32,000 nucleotides of DNA from Candidatus Heimdallarchaeota archaeon (GCA_030668875.1 DAOVER010000013.1:40934-72933); one strand, 5' to 3'; shown: positions 8,991 through 17,816, numbered from the stretch's first letter. A program made the numbers and translations. The notes: generated from the sequence alone by a model not told the origin.

Positions 8991-10273
8991 AAATGAGTGA
9001 AAATGAAATGATAACTGAAAACATGCAAGAAAACCTTCCAGAATTAGATTTGAAACAACTTGACGAAAAAGAAGAAGAAGTAGTTCCTGAAAGAGTAGAG
9101 CTGCCTGAAAATATTGAACCAGCTCTTGATAAAATAAGAGATTGGTTTAACAAACTTTTTCTTTACGGTGTTCAGAGGATATCCAAGGATAACATCGAAG
9201 AGTTACAAGCTCTATCTATCACAGCACACACAATTAAAGTTGCTAGATTAGAAAGAGATATTCAGTCGATGAGTAAAATACTTGAATTATATTTGAAAAA
9301 AGATCCAACATTTAATTTTACACGATTAACATCAACTCTTTCAAGAATTTCATTAACAGCAAAAACAATTCATGATTATAAAGAAGGAAAAGAGCTACCG
9401 ATTCAGCTGATTAAACTACTTACTGGAGCAAAAGAAGAGAAACAAGAATTTGATCTCTTAATTGCCCAAACTTTAGGCCTAAGTGGCTGGATGACTGATT
9501 CAGGATACGTGGGTGTAACTGCCTATTTGTATGACTTGACAAATAAAAGAATCATAGCAGCTACAAATGCTCGACCTTTAACATCCTTGCAATATATGAA
9601 TAATCGCAGAGGTAGATATGGTGGATATAGAAGATCAAGAAGCTCAAGATCTAATCTCAATTCTGAACTAAAGAATATAATGCTGATAAATGAATTGGAT
9701 ACTAATTCTAATATCAAAATAAAGGATTTTTCAGCTTCTGCCTTTCAGATTAGAAATGGAAAAATATCAAACGATTATCCTGCAAAGCTATCTCTTGGTA
9801 AATATCTTCGAGTTCATAGATACAAAGCAATTCCTTGGACTTCTACAAGGTTTCAGAATATTCGTTTTGATGACTGGAATGAAGTTCACACTAAAATTCA
9901 GGAAGTTGAATCTGAAGGAAAAACACTCTTTCCTCAACTTTTTGGGCTGTTCAAGGTGAAGGCTTTTTCCCCGATGGAACACGATGAAGTTGAAAAAATA
10001 TACAAATTCAAAGCTTATGATAAAAACTATGACAGCATGAATATAGTGATTCCGGATAAAGGTAGAAATCAATATGCAATTGAATCATTCAAAGATTTAT
10101 TCCAGAATAAGACTTTTCCTTCGATTATCTTTGGCCAAGCTAGAATAGGTTCTGATGGTAATCTGTCCTTATGGCCCATCAGTGGCATATGGAGCAAAGG
10201 TATGATGCTTTCTAATTATAGTATTGTTAGAAGTTGTGATTTCACTCTAAATAAAATGAGGTTCAAAAGGTGA
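8987..10273 (+). CDS. YehQ-like protein lacking the SWIM zinc fingers
   Basis: GTGA overlap with the vWA stop (alternative ATG at 8993). The helical bundle LFLYGVQR...ARLERDI, the motif LGLSGWMTDSGYVGVTAYLYD...NARP and the C-terminal YAIESF...IIFGQARIGSDGNLSLWP resemble the non-SWIM part of YehQ-type proteins (recalled similarity). No CxC...CxH motif is present. Confidence 0.7.
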   Translation: MKMSENEMITENMQENLPELDLKQLDEKEEEVVPERVELPENIEPALDKIRDWFNKLFLYGVQRISKDNIEELQALSITAHTIKVARLERDIQSMSKILELYLKKDPTFNFTRLTSTLSRISLTAKTIHDYKEGKELPIQLIKLLTGAKEEKQEFDLLIAQTLGLSGWMTDSGYVGVTAYLYDLTNKRIIAATNARPLTSLQYMNNRRGRYGGYRRSRSSRSNLNSELKNIMLINELDTNSNIKIKDFSASAFQIRNGKISNDYPAKLSLGKYLRVHRYKAIPWTSTRFQNIRFDDWNEVHTKIQEVESEGKTLFPQLFGLFKVKAFSPMEHDEVEKIYKFKAYDKNYDSMNIVIPDKGRNQYAIESFKDLFQNKTFPSIIFGQARIGSDGNLSLWPISGIWSKGMMLSNYSIVRSCDFTLNKMRFKR

Positions 10274-10277
10274 GAAA

Positions 10278-12605
10278 ATGGGATTAGTAATAACTGAATC
10301 TGAGTCGCTATCAATTGATAGATTTCTTGCTCCTCTAGAAGATATAATAATCAAAATAATACTCATAGGAGCAGATAGTTTAGAAGATATAGACATTAAA
10401 AAACTAGAGGAATTTCAGAAAGAAATAAAATTAATGAATATGAAAAACCTTGGAAATAAAGTAGCTACTTTACTAAAACTTCTAAAGAAAAAGGATAAAG
10501 TCTGGAATAACGAGGAGAAAGAGGATCTTACAATATTAACAAGTGTACTTCATCAGAGTATCTATCAAATCAAATCAAAGTTTACAAAGAACAAGGATCT
10601 TTCTAAAGACGAGAAAAAGAGTATAATAAAACCCATATCACAAAAAACTGTAAAAGAGCTGGAATTGATTCCTTTTGAGATTGAAGCAATTGGTAAGTCT
10701 AGAAGTGGAAGTGGTCAATACTCTGGTCAATACTACAAGATTAAAGGAATTAATACAGAGACAAATGAATGGATAACTGTTATAGATCACTCACAGATTT
10801 ATGCTTCAAGTGTCAACTCAGCATGGCAAAGTAGTCTGATAAATGACAGGGTGTACTTGAATAAACTTCTAGGAAATAGACTGAAAATATACAATCTTGT
10901 CCTTGAAAAGAACCAACTTTACAGGAAATCCCTAGATTCAAGAAAACAAGGTGATTTTACAGATTTAACTCAAGAAGAAAGAAAAAAATTACTTCTTGAA
11001 TTTAACAAGAAACAAGATAAAACAATTTACAGTATCAAAACTATCTCGAAATTAGAATATTCTCCTAAATACTCAAGTCCTTTCAGAATGCAAATTAAAG
11101 ATGAAGGAGGAACTAAGAAAGAGCAAGTAACCTTCTCCAATGATATTTTCTATCATATGTTCTTCAATGAAATGAAAAACATACAATTCATAGAGAAGGG
11201 AAATTATCGTATACTTTTCCATGAAGGAGACGCATATTTAACTAGTATGAAACTATCATTACCGCAGACAATCTGGGATTGGAAAAGAATAATCAAGCTT
11301 TGGATTAAGCAAGAAAATGAAACTGCCTTCCTCTTAAATCTCCAGTCATCTGAACAATTGAAAGATGATTTAGTTAAGAAAATAAATGAAAAAGCATCTC
11401 AAACAAAAATTTCGAATAAAGATATAGAAGAAGATCCCCTTTCTTACTTCATTCAAGAAAAATTATCAGATTATGTAAACTATCCATGGATTTCAACATT
11501 AGACTGGAAAAAACTAGCTCAACCCTATAACAATCTAGAATATCTGAAAAAAATGATAAAAATAGATAATTTCCTCCCATCAATTATGATAGCTTTGTCG
11601 AAAAATAAAAAACTAAGCTATAAATGTAGAGATGAAAAAATCAATCTTTGGATTCATGAATATCTAGAAAATATAATAACTCGAAAGAATCTTCGTAACT
11701 TTTCGAGACTTGTTAGTCAGAGGATTAGAAGTATCTCACATCCTAAAGAAGTTGTTCTTCTACTAGCTTTGCATCTAGAAGTTTATGGTTGTCTTACAAA
11801 TGAAGTAGCAAATTCACTCAAATATTCACCATGCTTTAACAGGAGTAAAAATTTGCGTGATTACATGGAAGCTAATCCCAAAGATAGATTCTGGTTGAGT
11901 TGTATCAGATTATTCTCAGAAGTAGAGATAATTGCTAATTGGGAAAAAGCTGTTAAATCCTGGATGAAAAATAAAAAAGAACACTTATCTTTATACCTTT
12001 TAGCTCAATCTAGATTACTCTCTAAAGATATACGGAAAATCATTTCGTCAAAAATACAAAAAACTCAACTTGAGAGTTGTTTAGATAAAGAGGACAATGT
12101 TCAGAAATTTATCATTAAAAAGATGTCTAAAATAGGTATTAAGTTACCATGGAAAACTAGTGTTAACTTGAAGTCTGATATTCAATCTGTAAAGAATGTA
12201 GATAAAACAAATCCCTCAATAACGGACCACTACAGTGGCTTATTGATCTATCTCACAAAAGATAAAATAGTTCTAGAAAAATATGAGAAACAGAAGAAAT
12301 ATTGTTGGGGTTTTGCTCTGATAAAGGAATTAATGAATGAAGCGAATATGGATAGATTATGCCGAATTACTTCTCAACTAGTTTCAAGTTCTCCAAAATC
12401 TTCATCATATCTATGGGCTCTATTCAAAGAACACTATGAAGATATACCAAAACCATTACTGCAAAGGATAAAGAACTCAAGAGCAGTAACTGATTGTAAA
12501 CAATTAAATGCTTATATCGAATCAGGAATAGAAGAAAGATTCTACTATTCTTGTTTAGCTTTGATAAATGAAAAAGAACTTGAACCAACGTTAAATGTGC
12601 ACTAA
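10278..12605 (+). CDS. Large hypothetical protein (775 aa), last gene of the operon; N-terminus resembles the preceding gene, C-terminus is helical
   Basis: Long ORF starting 4 nt after the upstream stop, Lys/Leu-rich, with no TM segment or catalytic motif recognised. Confidence 0.8.
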   Translation: MGLVITESESLSIDRFLAPLEDIIIKIILIGADSLEDIDIKKLEEFQKEIKLMNMKNLGNKVATLLKLLKKKDKVWNNEEKEDLTILTSVLHQSIYQIKSKFTKNKDLSKDEKKSIIKPISQKTVKELELIPFEIEAIGKSRSGSGQYSGQYYKIKGINTETNEWITVIDHSQIYASSVNSAWQSSLINDRVYLNKLLGNRLKIYNLVLEKNQLYRKSLDSRKQGDFTDLTQEERKKLLLEFNKKQDKTIYSIKTISKLEYSPKYSSPFRMQIKDEGGTKKEQVTFSNDIFYHMFFNEMKNIQFIEKGNYRILFHEGDAYLTSMKLSLPQTIWDWKRIIKLWIKQENETAFLLNLQSSEQLKDDLVKKINEKASQTKISNKDIEEDPLSYFIQEKLSDYVNYPWISTLDWKKLAQPYNNLEYLKKMIKIDNFLPSIMIALSKNKKLSYKCRDEKINLWIHEYLENIITRKNLRNFSRLVSQRIRSISHPKEVVLLLALHLEVYGCLTNEVANSLKYSPCFNRSKNLRDYMEANPKDRFWLSCIRLFSEVEIIANWEKAVKSWMKNKKEHLSLYLLAQSRLLSKDIRKIISSKIQKTQLESCLDKEDNVQKFIIKKMSKIGIKLPWKTSVNLKSDIQSVKNVDKTNPSITDHYSGLLIYLTKDKIVLEKYEKQKKYCWGFALIKELMNEANMDRLCRITSQLVSSSPKSSSYLWALFKEHYEDIPKPLLQRIKNSRAVTDCKQLNAYIESGIEERFYYSCLALINEKELEPTLNVH

Positions 12606-12616
12606 TCTATAGATGG

Positions 12617-12642
12617 TTCTTTCTTTTTTTCTTTCTTTTTTC
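12617..12642 (+). terminator. Archaeal oligo-T terminator (two CTTTCTTTTTT copies)
   Basis: ttctttctttttttctttcttttttc begins 12 nt after the operon's last stop codon. Confidence 0.7.
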
Positions 12643-12670
12643 TAGTCTATTACTTGGAATTAAATGAGAT

Positions 12671-12699
12671 AAGGTTTATTAAAAACCTTGAAATTTCAA
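12671..12699. promoter_or_regulatory. Two adjacent palindromes around the TATA box of the DUF1295 gene
   Basis: AAGGTTT-attaa-AAACCTT (12671-12689) spans TTTATTAAAA; perfect TTGAAATTTCAA at 12688-12699; GGTGA SD at 12714-12718. Confidence 0.45.
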
Positions 12700-12725
12700 A
12701 GTCCTAAATAAATGGTGATTTTGCT

Positions 12726-13625
12726 TTGAGCAAAGATAAAACATACAAAGATAACAAGTTAATATCTCTGATATTATGTCTGATATCCTATACTTTAGCA
12801 ATTGGAGCTGCTATAGGTATTGGAATTGCATTACATCCTCTACTACATCCAATCTTGACTGCCTTTATTGTTGATGTAATAGCAACTGTGATAATATTTA
12901 GCATTAGTGTTTTCTTCAAGAATACTAGTCTTTATGATCCCTACTGGAGTTTTATTCCAATACCCATCATATTGTATTGGTTAATCACAGCTGATAATTA
13001 CCCAACAATAACAATAAGACAGATAGTAATAATAGCAATAGTAGCTATTTGGGGGATAAGGTTGACTTTTAACTGGATTAGGGGTTGGAAAGGCTTAAAT
13101 CATGAAGATTGGAGATATACGAAATTTAGAGAAGAGAAACCTAGTTTGTTCTGGTTCATAAATTTCACAGGATTACAAATGATGCCTACATTGATAGTAT
13201 TCTTAGGTTGTATTCCTATTTATTTCGGTATAATCTCAACAAGCTCAACATTTACAGTTTTTGATATAATTGGTATAATAATAGCTTTGGGAGCAACAAT
13301 TCTAGAAACAGTAGCAGACGAACAACTCAGAAACTTCGTCAAGAAAAAGCAAAAAAACGAATTTATGACAAAAGGAGTATGGTCAGTTACCAGACACCCC
13401 AACTACTTTGGAGAAGTTAGTTTCTGGTGGGGCATGTTTTTCTTTGCAATAGCAAATGGAGTATCTACTCTATGGGTGGTAGTAGGACCTATAAGTATGA
13501 CAATATTGTTCTTGATAGTAAGTATCCCCTTGATGGAGAATAGGTTAATGAAGAAATATCCTGGTTATACTGACTACAAATCCAGAGTATCTTCATTTAT
13601 CCCATGGTTTGAGAAGAGAAATTAA
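12726..13625 (+). CDS. DUF1295 / steroid 5-alpha-reductase-like membrane protein
   Basis: YDPYWS, WGIRLTFN..RGW....EDWRY, ADEQL and RHPNYFGEVSFWWG; multi-TM; TTG start with GGTGA SD. Confidence 0.9.
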   Translation: MSKDKTYKDNKLISLILCLISYTLAIGAAIGIGIALHPLLHPILTAFIVDVIATVIIFSISVFFKNTSLYDPYWSFIPIPIILYWLITADNYPTITIRQIVIIAIVAIWGIRLTFNWIRGWKGLNHEDWRYTKFREEKPSLFWFINFTGLQMMPTLIVFLGCIPIYFGIISTSSTFTVFDIIGIIIALGATILETVADEQLRNFVKKKQKNEFMTKGVWSVTRHPNYFGEVSFWWGMFFFAIANGVSTLWVVVGPISMTILFLIVSIPLMENRLMKKYPGYTDYKSRVSSFIPWFEKRN

Positions 13626-13704
13626 CACTCTTCCTCTAATACCAACAGCAACTTTTATTTCTAACCTATTTCTAGTTAAGCTAAAACCCAATGAAAGTGG
13701 TACC

Positions 13705-14709
13705 ATGATTGAAAGTAAAGCTAAACCGAAATTAAAAACAAAACATATAATTTATATCGTTTTTGGGGTAATCTTTCTTGCTCTATTAGTACTTTTCTTC
13801 TACAGCAGATTTGTTCCCGGTAACTTTATTGAAAACTACTACAACGATAATGCAGCGGAAGGAGCAGCTACATTCAATGAAATGATGAGTAATTTTGTAG
13901 ATTCATTTTTCATCTATACACTAATCGCAGTAGTGATTATTTGGCTTGTAGAAATATCTCTAAGGACTTTTAAACATAAGATAAGTGACGATATTGAAAA
14001 TACTATCCGAGTTCTGATAAGATTCATCGTGATAATTTTCTTTGTTGTAGCATATTTGAATAAACTTGAAAGCTTTCAAGGAGCAGTCATAGGTGTGATG
14101 GCAACAGTTGGTGCAGCTTTTGGTATTGCTGCTTCAAGATCCCTAAGTAATGTCTTTTCAGGTCTTCATCTTGTTTTGAGTAAGCATCATAACGTTGGTG
14201 ATTACTTGATTATTAATGATATGAATATTGAAGGAGTTGTAAAAGAAATTTCTACAAGTTTTGTTACCATCCTTCAACCTAATAAAACAACAGCTGTTAT
14301 ACCTACAGATAAACTACGTGAAGAGGAAGTTTTAAACATTAAAGTAGAGAGCATTGAAACTGAGAAAGACGGTATAACTCATTTATTTTTATATGGAAAA
14401 AGAGTCAAGGAAACTCATTATGTGTATCCTGTAAAATGGGCTACTCACTCAGATGATCGACACTCTCACGCTGTAAAAGCAATTATGGAAACTGGTGAAG
14501 ATTTCAAGGATTATATAGCTGATGAAGTAGATTGGATGATATATGAACGTGATAGACTTAATAGAAGATACTTGATAAGTTTAACAGTTCTCGACCCTAA
14601 GGTTTTACTCCACTTAGCTTCTGATTTCACTCGTATATTAGAAGCAAACTACGAAAAAATCAAGTATTCCAACAAAAAGAAATCTACAAGTAAGAAATCT
14701 GACGTATAA
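13705..14709 (+). CDS. mscS: Small-conductance mechanosensitive channel (MscS family)
   Basis: TM helices, then GAAFGIAASRSLSNVFSGLHLV...HNVGDYLII...IEGVVKEISTSFVTILQPNKTTAVIP. ATG 13705 is preferred because 13609 overlaps the upstream gene. Confidence 0.85.
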   Translation: MIESKAKPKLKTKHIIYIVFGVIFLALLVLFFYSRFVPGNFIENYYNDNAAEGAATFNEMMSNFVDSFFIYTLIAVVIIWLVEISLRTFKHKISDDIENTIRVLIRFIVIIFFVVAYLNKLESFQGAVIGVMATVGAAFGIAASRSLSNVFSGLHLVLSKHHNVGDYLIINDMNIEGVVKEISTSFVTILQPNKTTAVIPTDKLREEEVLNIKVESIETEKDGITHLFLYGKRVKETHYVYPVKWATHSDDRHSHAVKAIMETGEDFKDYIADEVDWMIYERDRLNRRYLISLTVLDPKVLLHLASDFTRILEANYEKIKYSNKKKSTSKKSDV

Positions 14710-14722
14710 ATCTTTAATCCTC

Positions 14723-14735
14723 TTCTTTCTTTTTT
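14723..14735 (+). terminator. Oligo-T terminator after mscS
   Basis: ttctttctttttt lies 13 nt after the stop, in a convergent intergenic gap. Confidence 0.55.
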
Positions 14736-14762
14736 GGATATTGAAACAAATCGAAATTTCTA

Positions 14763-15809
14763 TTATCTATCATTATTTTGCTTTAAACCTCTTAACCATA
14801 GGAACAAATCGATTTTGCAATTGGGACATTTACTATTCTGCTCTAACCATGTTATGAGGTGTTTTTTATGTGAATATGTCTCACAACATGGTGTTTTAAC
14901 AACTACATTCTTTTCAGAAGGTTTTAAGTCAAGCAAACAGACTTTGCATGTTGGTCTATGAGCACCACATTGATCACATGTCTCCTCATTTGCTTCAAAA
15001 ACATTACCACACTGATAACAAAGGATTTCCTCAACTTCTATGTCATCAAAATCCCTCTGTAGAAGATTTGTATATATCTTCTCAAGAAGCTCAAGATATG
15101 TTGATACTTTTTCACTATTATTAAAACGAGCATTTACAAATTTACGATTCATTGTAAATTGCTTCAAATCTTTTTTCAAATTAATTAGCATATTGTTAAT
15201 TTCTTCTTTTTCAAGTAGACTCTCATAGAACGAGTGATGATTTGAATGAAAAATGTAGAACTCACTGGAACTAGGTAAATCAACATCATTACCAGTATCA
15301 ATCTTCTTTCTAGTTTTCCGCTTTATACTGAAAGCTAATGGATAATCTGCTTTCATCATCGTATCTATAGCTATTTCATTTACTGAAAGAACTTTTATTG
15401 TTGTTCTATGAAAGAAATTGTATTTATGCTTCTCAGGGAAATAAAAAATAATTCTAGGAACTTGATCAAGCTGTTTTTCTATAATATCTCCACCAAGTTC
15501 TCTAATGTTAAATGCAATTTTAGTGAGTATCTTTTCTTTATCAGTAACCAGATCCTTAACATGGTCGATATAGACTTCTGTTAATTTGGAAGGCTTACGA
15601 GTTTCTCTCTTCAATTTAACATACCAATAAATACGCAAAAAAATGGGGATAATTATGATACATCCTACAACATAGAAAAGGAAATAATAGAACCTGAAGT
15701 TATTGCCAACTAAATCATATGAAATGAAAAATCCACCAGCGATGACAGCAATTATAAAAATTGCTGATAGAAGGCGTTTTAGATAATATTTATTCATCAT
15801 AGAACACAT
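14763..15809 (-). CDS. Membrane-anchored double-zinc-ribbon + RING-type protein (putative E3 ligase-like)
   Basis: Two N-terminal TM helices; C-terminal CYQC..CDQC zinc ribbon followed by CKVC-x15-PCC-x4-HKKH-x3-W-x6-CPNC (14817-15020). Confidence 0.85.
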   Translation of the reverse strand: MCSMMNKYYLKRLLSAIFIIAVIAGGFFISYDLVGNNFRFYYFLFYVVGCIIIIPIFLRIYWYVKLKRETRKPSKLTEVYIDHVKDLVTDKEKILTKIAFNIRELGGDIIEKQLDQVPRIIFYFPEKHKYNFFHRTTIKVLSVNEIAIDTMMKADYPLAFSIKRKTRKKIDTGNDVDLPSSSEFYIFHSNHHSFYESLLEKEEINNMLINLKKDLKQFTMNRKFVNARFNNSEKVSTYLELLEKIYTNLLQRDFDDIEVEEILCYQCGNVFEANEETCDQCGAHRPTCKVCLLDLKPSEKNVVVKTPCCETYSHKKHLITWLEQNSKCPNCKIDLFLWLRGLKQNNDR

Positions 15810-15889
15810 ATAATATTCTTAACAGATAATATATACATTTCCAATTAAATTTACAAAACCTTAAAAAATTCAAACAGCGTTTCAGTATC

Positions 15890-16528
15890 GTGAAACACAA
15901 AAATCCTTACGAAATTTGCATTTGGGAGAGTGAAGAAAATTGTACTGATTGTGGATTGAAAGGTAGATTACATTGTCATATAAATATTAAATACTCAATA
16001 ATTTTTGGAATACCTTTCTTTATTGCATTTATACCTGCATTTGTAGGTTTGATACTTTTAGGATTTCCGTTAAACCTAATATCTATACTATCTTGGATGG
16101 GATACATAGTGTTTTTCTTTCTAGTCTGGGAACCTCGAATACTCTGCTCTCATTGTCCTTATTATGCTGAAGGTAAGAGCAAAACTTTGCATTGCTCAAT
16201 CAATTATGGATTTTTAAAAACTTCTAAATTTAAACCAGGTCCAATGAGTATGTTTGAGAATGTGCAATTTCTTGTAGGTGCAAATATTATTTTCTTAATC
16301 CCAATAGTATTTTTGATTGTAGGGCAATTGTGGATCTATCTAGGCGTAACATCGTTCGGTATTGTGCTCTGGTATATCTTCGTTCAACTGTTTGTATGCA
16401 AAGATTGCGTGAACTTCTCCTGTATCTTGAATAGAGTACCTAAGAAAGAAAGAGATGCATTTCTAAAGAAAAATCCTGTAATGTACAAAGCTTGGAAGCA
16501 AAGTGGATATCAGTTTGATGATGCTTGA
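15890..16528 (+). CDS. Cys/His-rich 4-TM hypothetical membrane protein
   Basis: GTG start with a BRE/TATA-like CAAAACCTTAAAAA ending at 15867. Clusters CTDC..HCH, CSHCPYY..HC and CKDC.NFSC lie between TM pairs. Confidence 0.8.
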   Translation: MKHKNPYEICIWESEENCTDCGLKGRLHCHINIKYSIIFGIPFFIAFIPAFVGLILLGFPLNLISILSWMGYIVFFFLVWEPRILCSHCPYYAEGKSKTLHCSINYGFLKTSKFKPGPMSMFENVQFLVGANIIFLIPIVFLIVGQLWIYLGVTSFGIVLWYIFVQLFVCKDCVNFSCILNRVPKKERDAFLKKNPVMYKAWKQSGYQFDDA

Positions 16529-16607
16529 ATCTTCCGCCTTATTCTGCATTAACACGTAGGTTCAGAGAGAGTTTTTAGGTTTAAATAATGTAATAAGGAG
16601 GGTAGTA

Positions 16608-17816
16608 ATGATGCTCGTTAGACGGACTGAACGGATAAAAGTGAAACCTAGTTTCACGCTTATGCAGTTAGCAAGACAGAGCAAAAACGTGTATAATTAT
16701 GGAAATTATATCATCAAAAGACAACTGAAAAATAGTAAATATATGACCTCAGAGTATGAATTAGTAAGTATAATCCGTTATCATCCTTGCTATACGAAAT
16801 TTATCGCTCACTCAGCACAACAGACGATAAAATTTTTAGTAAAGAACTGGAAAGCGTATTTCAGAGCGATAAAAGAGTACAAGAAGCACCCGCAAAAATT
16901 CCTCTCTCCACCCCATGCGCCCAAATATAAGAAAAAACGAGGGTTCCACACCATCTACTTCACAGCTAACCAAGCAAAAGTGAAAGAAGAGGGGTGGTTG
17001 CATTTTCCCAAAAAAGTAGGGCTGAAAGTGAAAACAAGGCTGGAGAAAGGAAGGAAGATCAATCACGTCCGTTTACTCCCTAAAGGGACGTGTTTTATCT
17101 TAGAGATAATTTATGAGCGAGAAATAAAACAAGAGCCATCGAAACACTCCCTCCGAGCAAAGAATATCTTAGCCATAGATTTAGGGGTGAATAATCTCTT
17201 GACTTGTGTGAGTAACTGCGTTTCCCCTTTCCTCATCAATGGGAGGAAACTAAAAGCTAGCAACCAATGGTATAACAAAGAGTGTGCCCGTCTCCAATCT
17301 ATATACGATTTACAAAGATTAGAAAATTACGGGCAGGGGATGAAGAAGGTTATAGACAAACGCTATCAACGGGTGGAAGATTATCTTCATAAAGCTTCAA
17401 GGATCGTCATCGACCAATGTTTGCAACATCGCATAGGTACCATTGTTATTGGTTATAACAAGAAATGGAAACAGAAAAGTAAAATGGGGAAGAAAAGCAA
17501 TCAGATTTTCGTCTCTATTCCTTTCTTAAGCTTGGTACGCAAACTTCAATATAAAGCTGAAGAGGTAGGGATAAAAGTCATCTTGACGGAGGAAGATTTT
17601 ACATCCAAATGTTCATTTTTAGATAACGAGGTAATCAAAAAACATCCCAAGTATCTAGGAAGAAGGTTGAAAAGAGGTTTATTCAGAAGCAAAACCGGTA
17701 TCCTGCTTAACGCTGATTGCAACTCAGCTGGTAATATCGGTCGTAAAGTATTCCCGCTGGTCTTCACCTACGGGACAGTGGATGCCGTGAGTCATCCTCA
17801 CTGTTGGACTGTTTAG
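16608..17816 (+). CDS. tnpB: RNA-guided endonuclease TnpB
   Basis: RuvC-I AIDLGVNN, rearranged RuvC-II (IVIGYN..WKQ with the Glu in TEEDFTSK) and RuvC-III LNADCNSAGNI; N-terminal SKNVYNYGNYIIK; degenerate Zn finger (KCSFLD). Confidence 0.93.
   Translation: MMLVRRTERIKVKPSFTLMQLARQSKNVYNYGNYIIKRQLKNSKYMTSEYELVSIIRYHPCYTKFIAHSAQQTIKFLVKNWKAYFRAIKEYKKHPQKFLSPPHAPKYKKKRGFHTIYFTANQAKVKEEGWLHFPKKVGLKVKTRLEKGRKINHVRLLPKGTCFILEIIYEREIKQEPSKHSLRAKNILAIDLGVNNLLTCVSNCVSPFLINGRKLKASNQWYNKECARLQSIYDLQRLENYGQGMKKVIDKRYQRVEDYLHKASRIVIDQCLQHRIGTIVIGYNKKWKQKSKMGKKSNQIFVSIPFLSLVRKLQYKAEEVGIKVILTEEDFTSKCSFLDNEVIKKHPKYLGRRLKRGLFRSKTGILLNADCNSAGNIGRKVFPLVFTYGTVDAVSHPHCWTV

Noticed and set aside
4086-12605. Assignment of the operon to the described VMAP/iSTAND ternary conflict systems or to CO-dehydrogenase cox maturation
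   Set aside because: The ATPase is YehL-type, not MoxR-proper or CoxD-type; no VMAP, STAND or cox structural genes are present.
12605-12614. Perfect palindrome ATCTATAGAT at the operon stop
   Set aside because: Short and AT-rich, within chance expectation, and it has no loop for a hairpin.
13609-13704. Track's longer N-terminus for mscS; likewise 5194 (DUF5682), 19746 (iorB), 2881 (MFS) and 27730 (permease)
   Set aside because: These starts overlap upstream genes or lack an SD; downstream ATGs fit the family N-termini and spacing better.
16515-16519. TTGAT just upstream of the tnpB element as an ISDra2-like TAM / left-end junction
   Set aside because: It lies inside the last codons of the upstream gene, is a common 5-mer, and no left-end hairpin could be confirmed. 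An empty-site comparison is needed.
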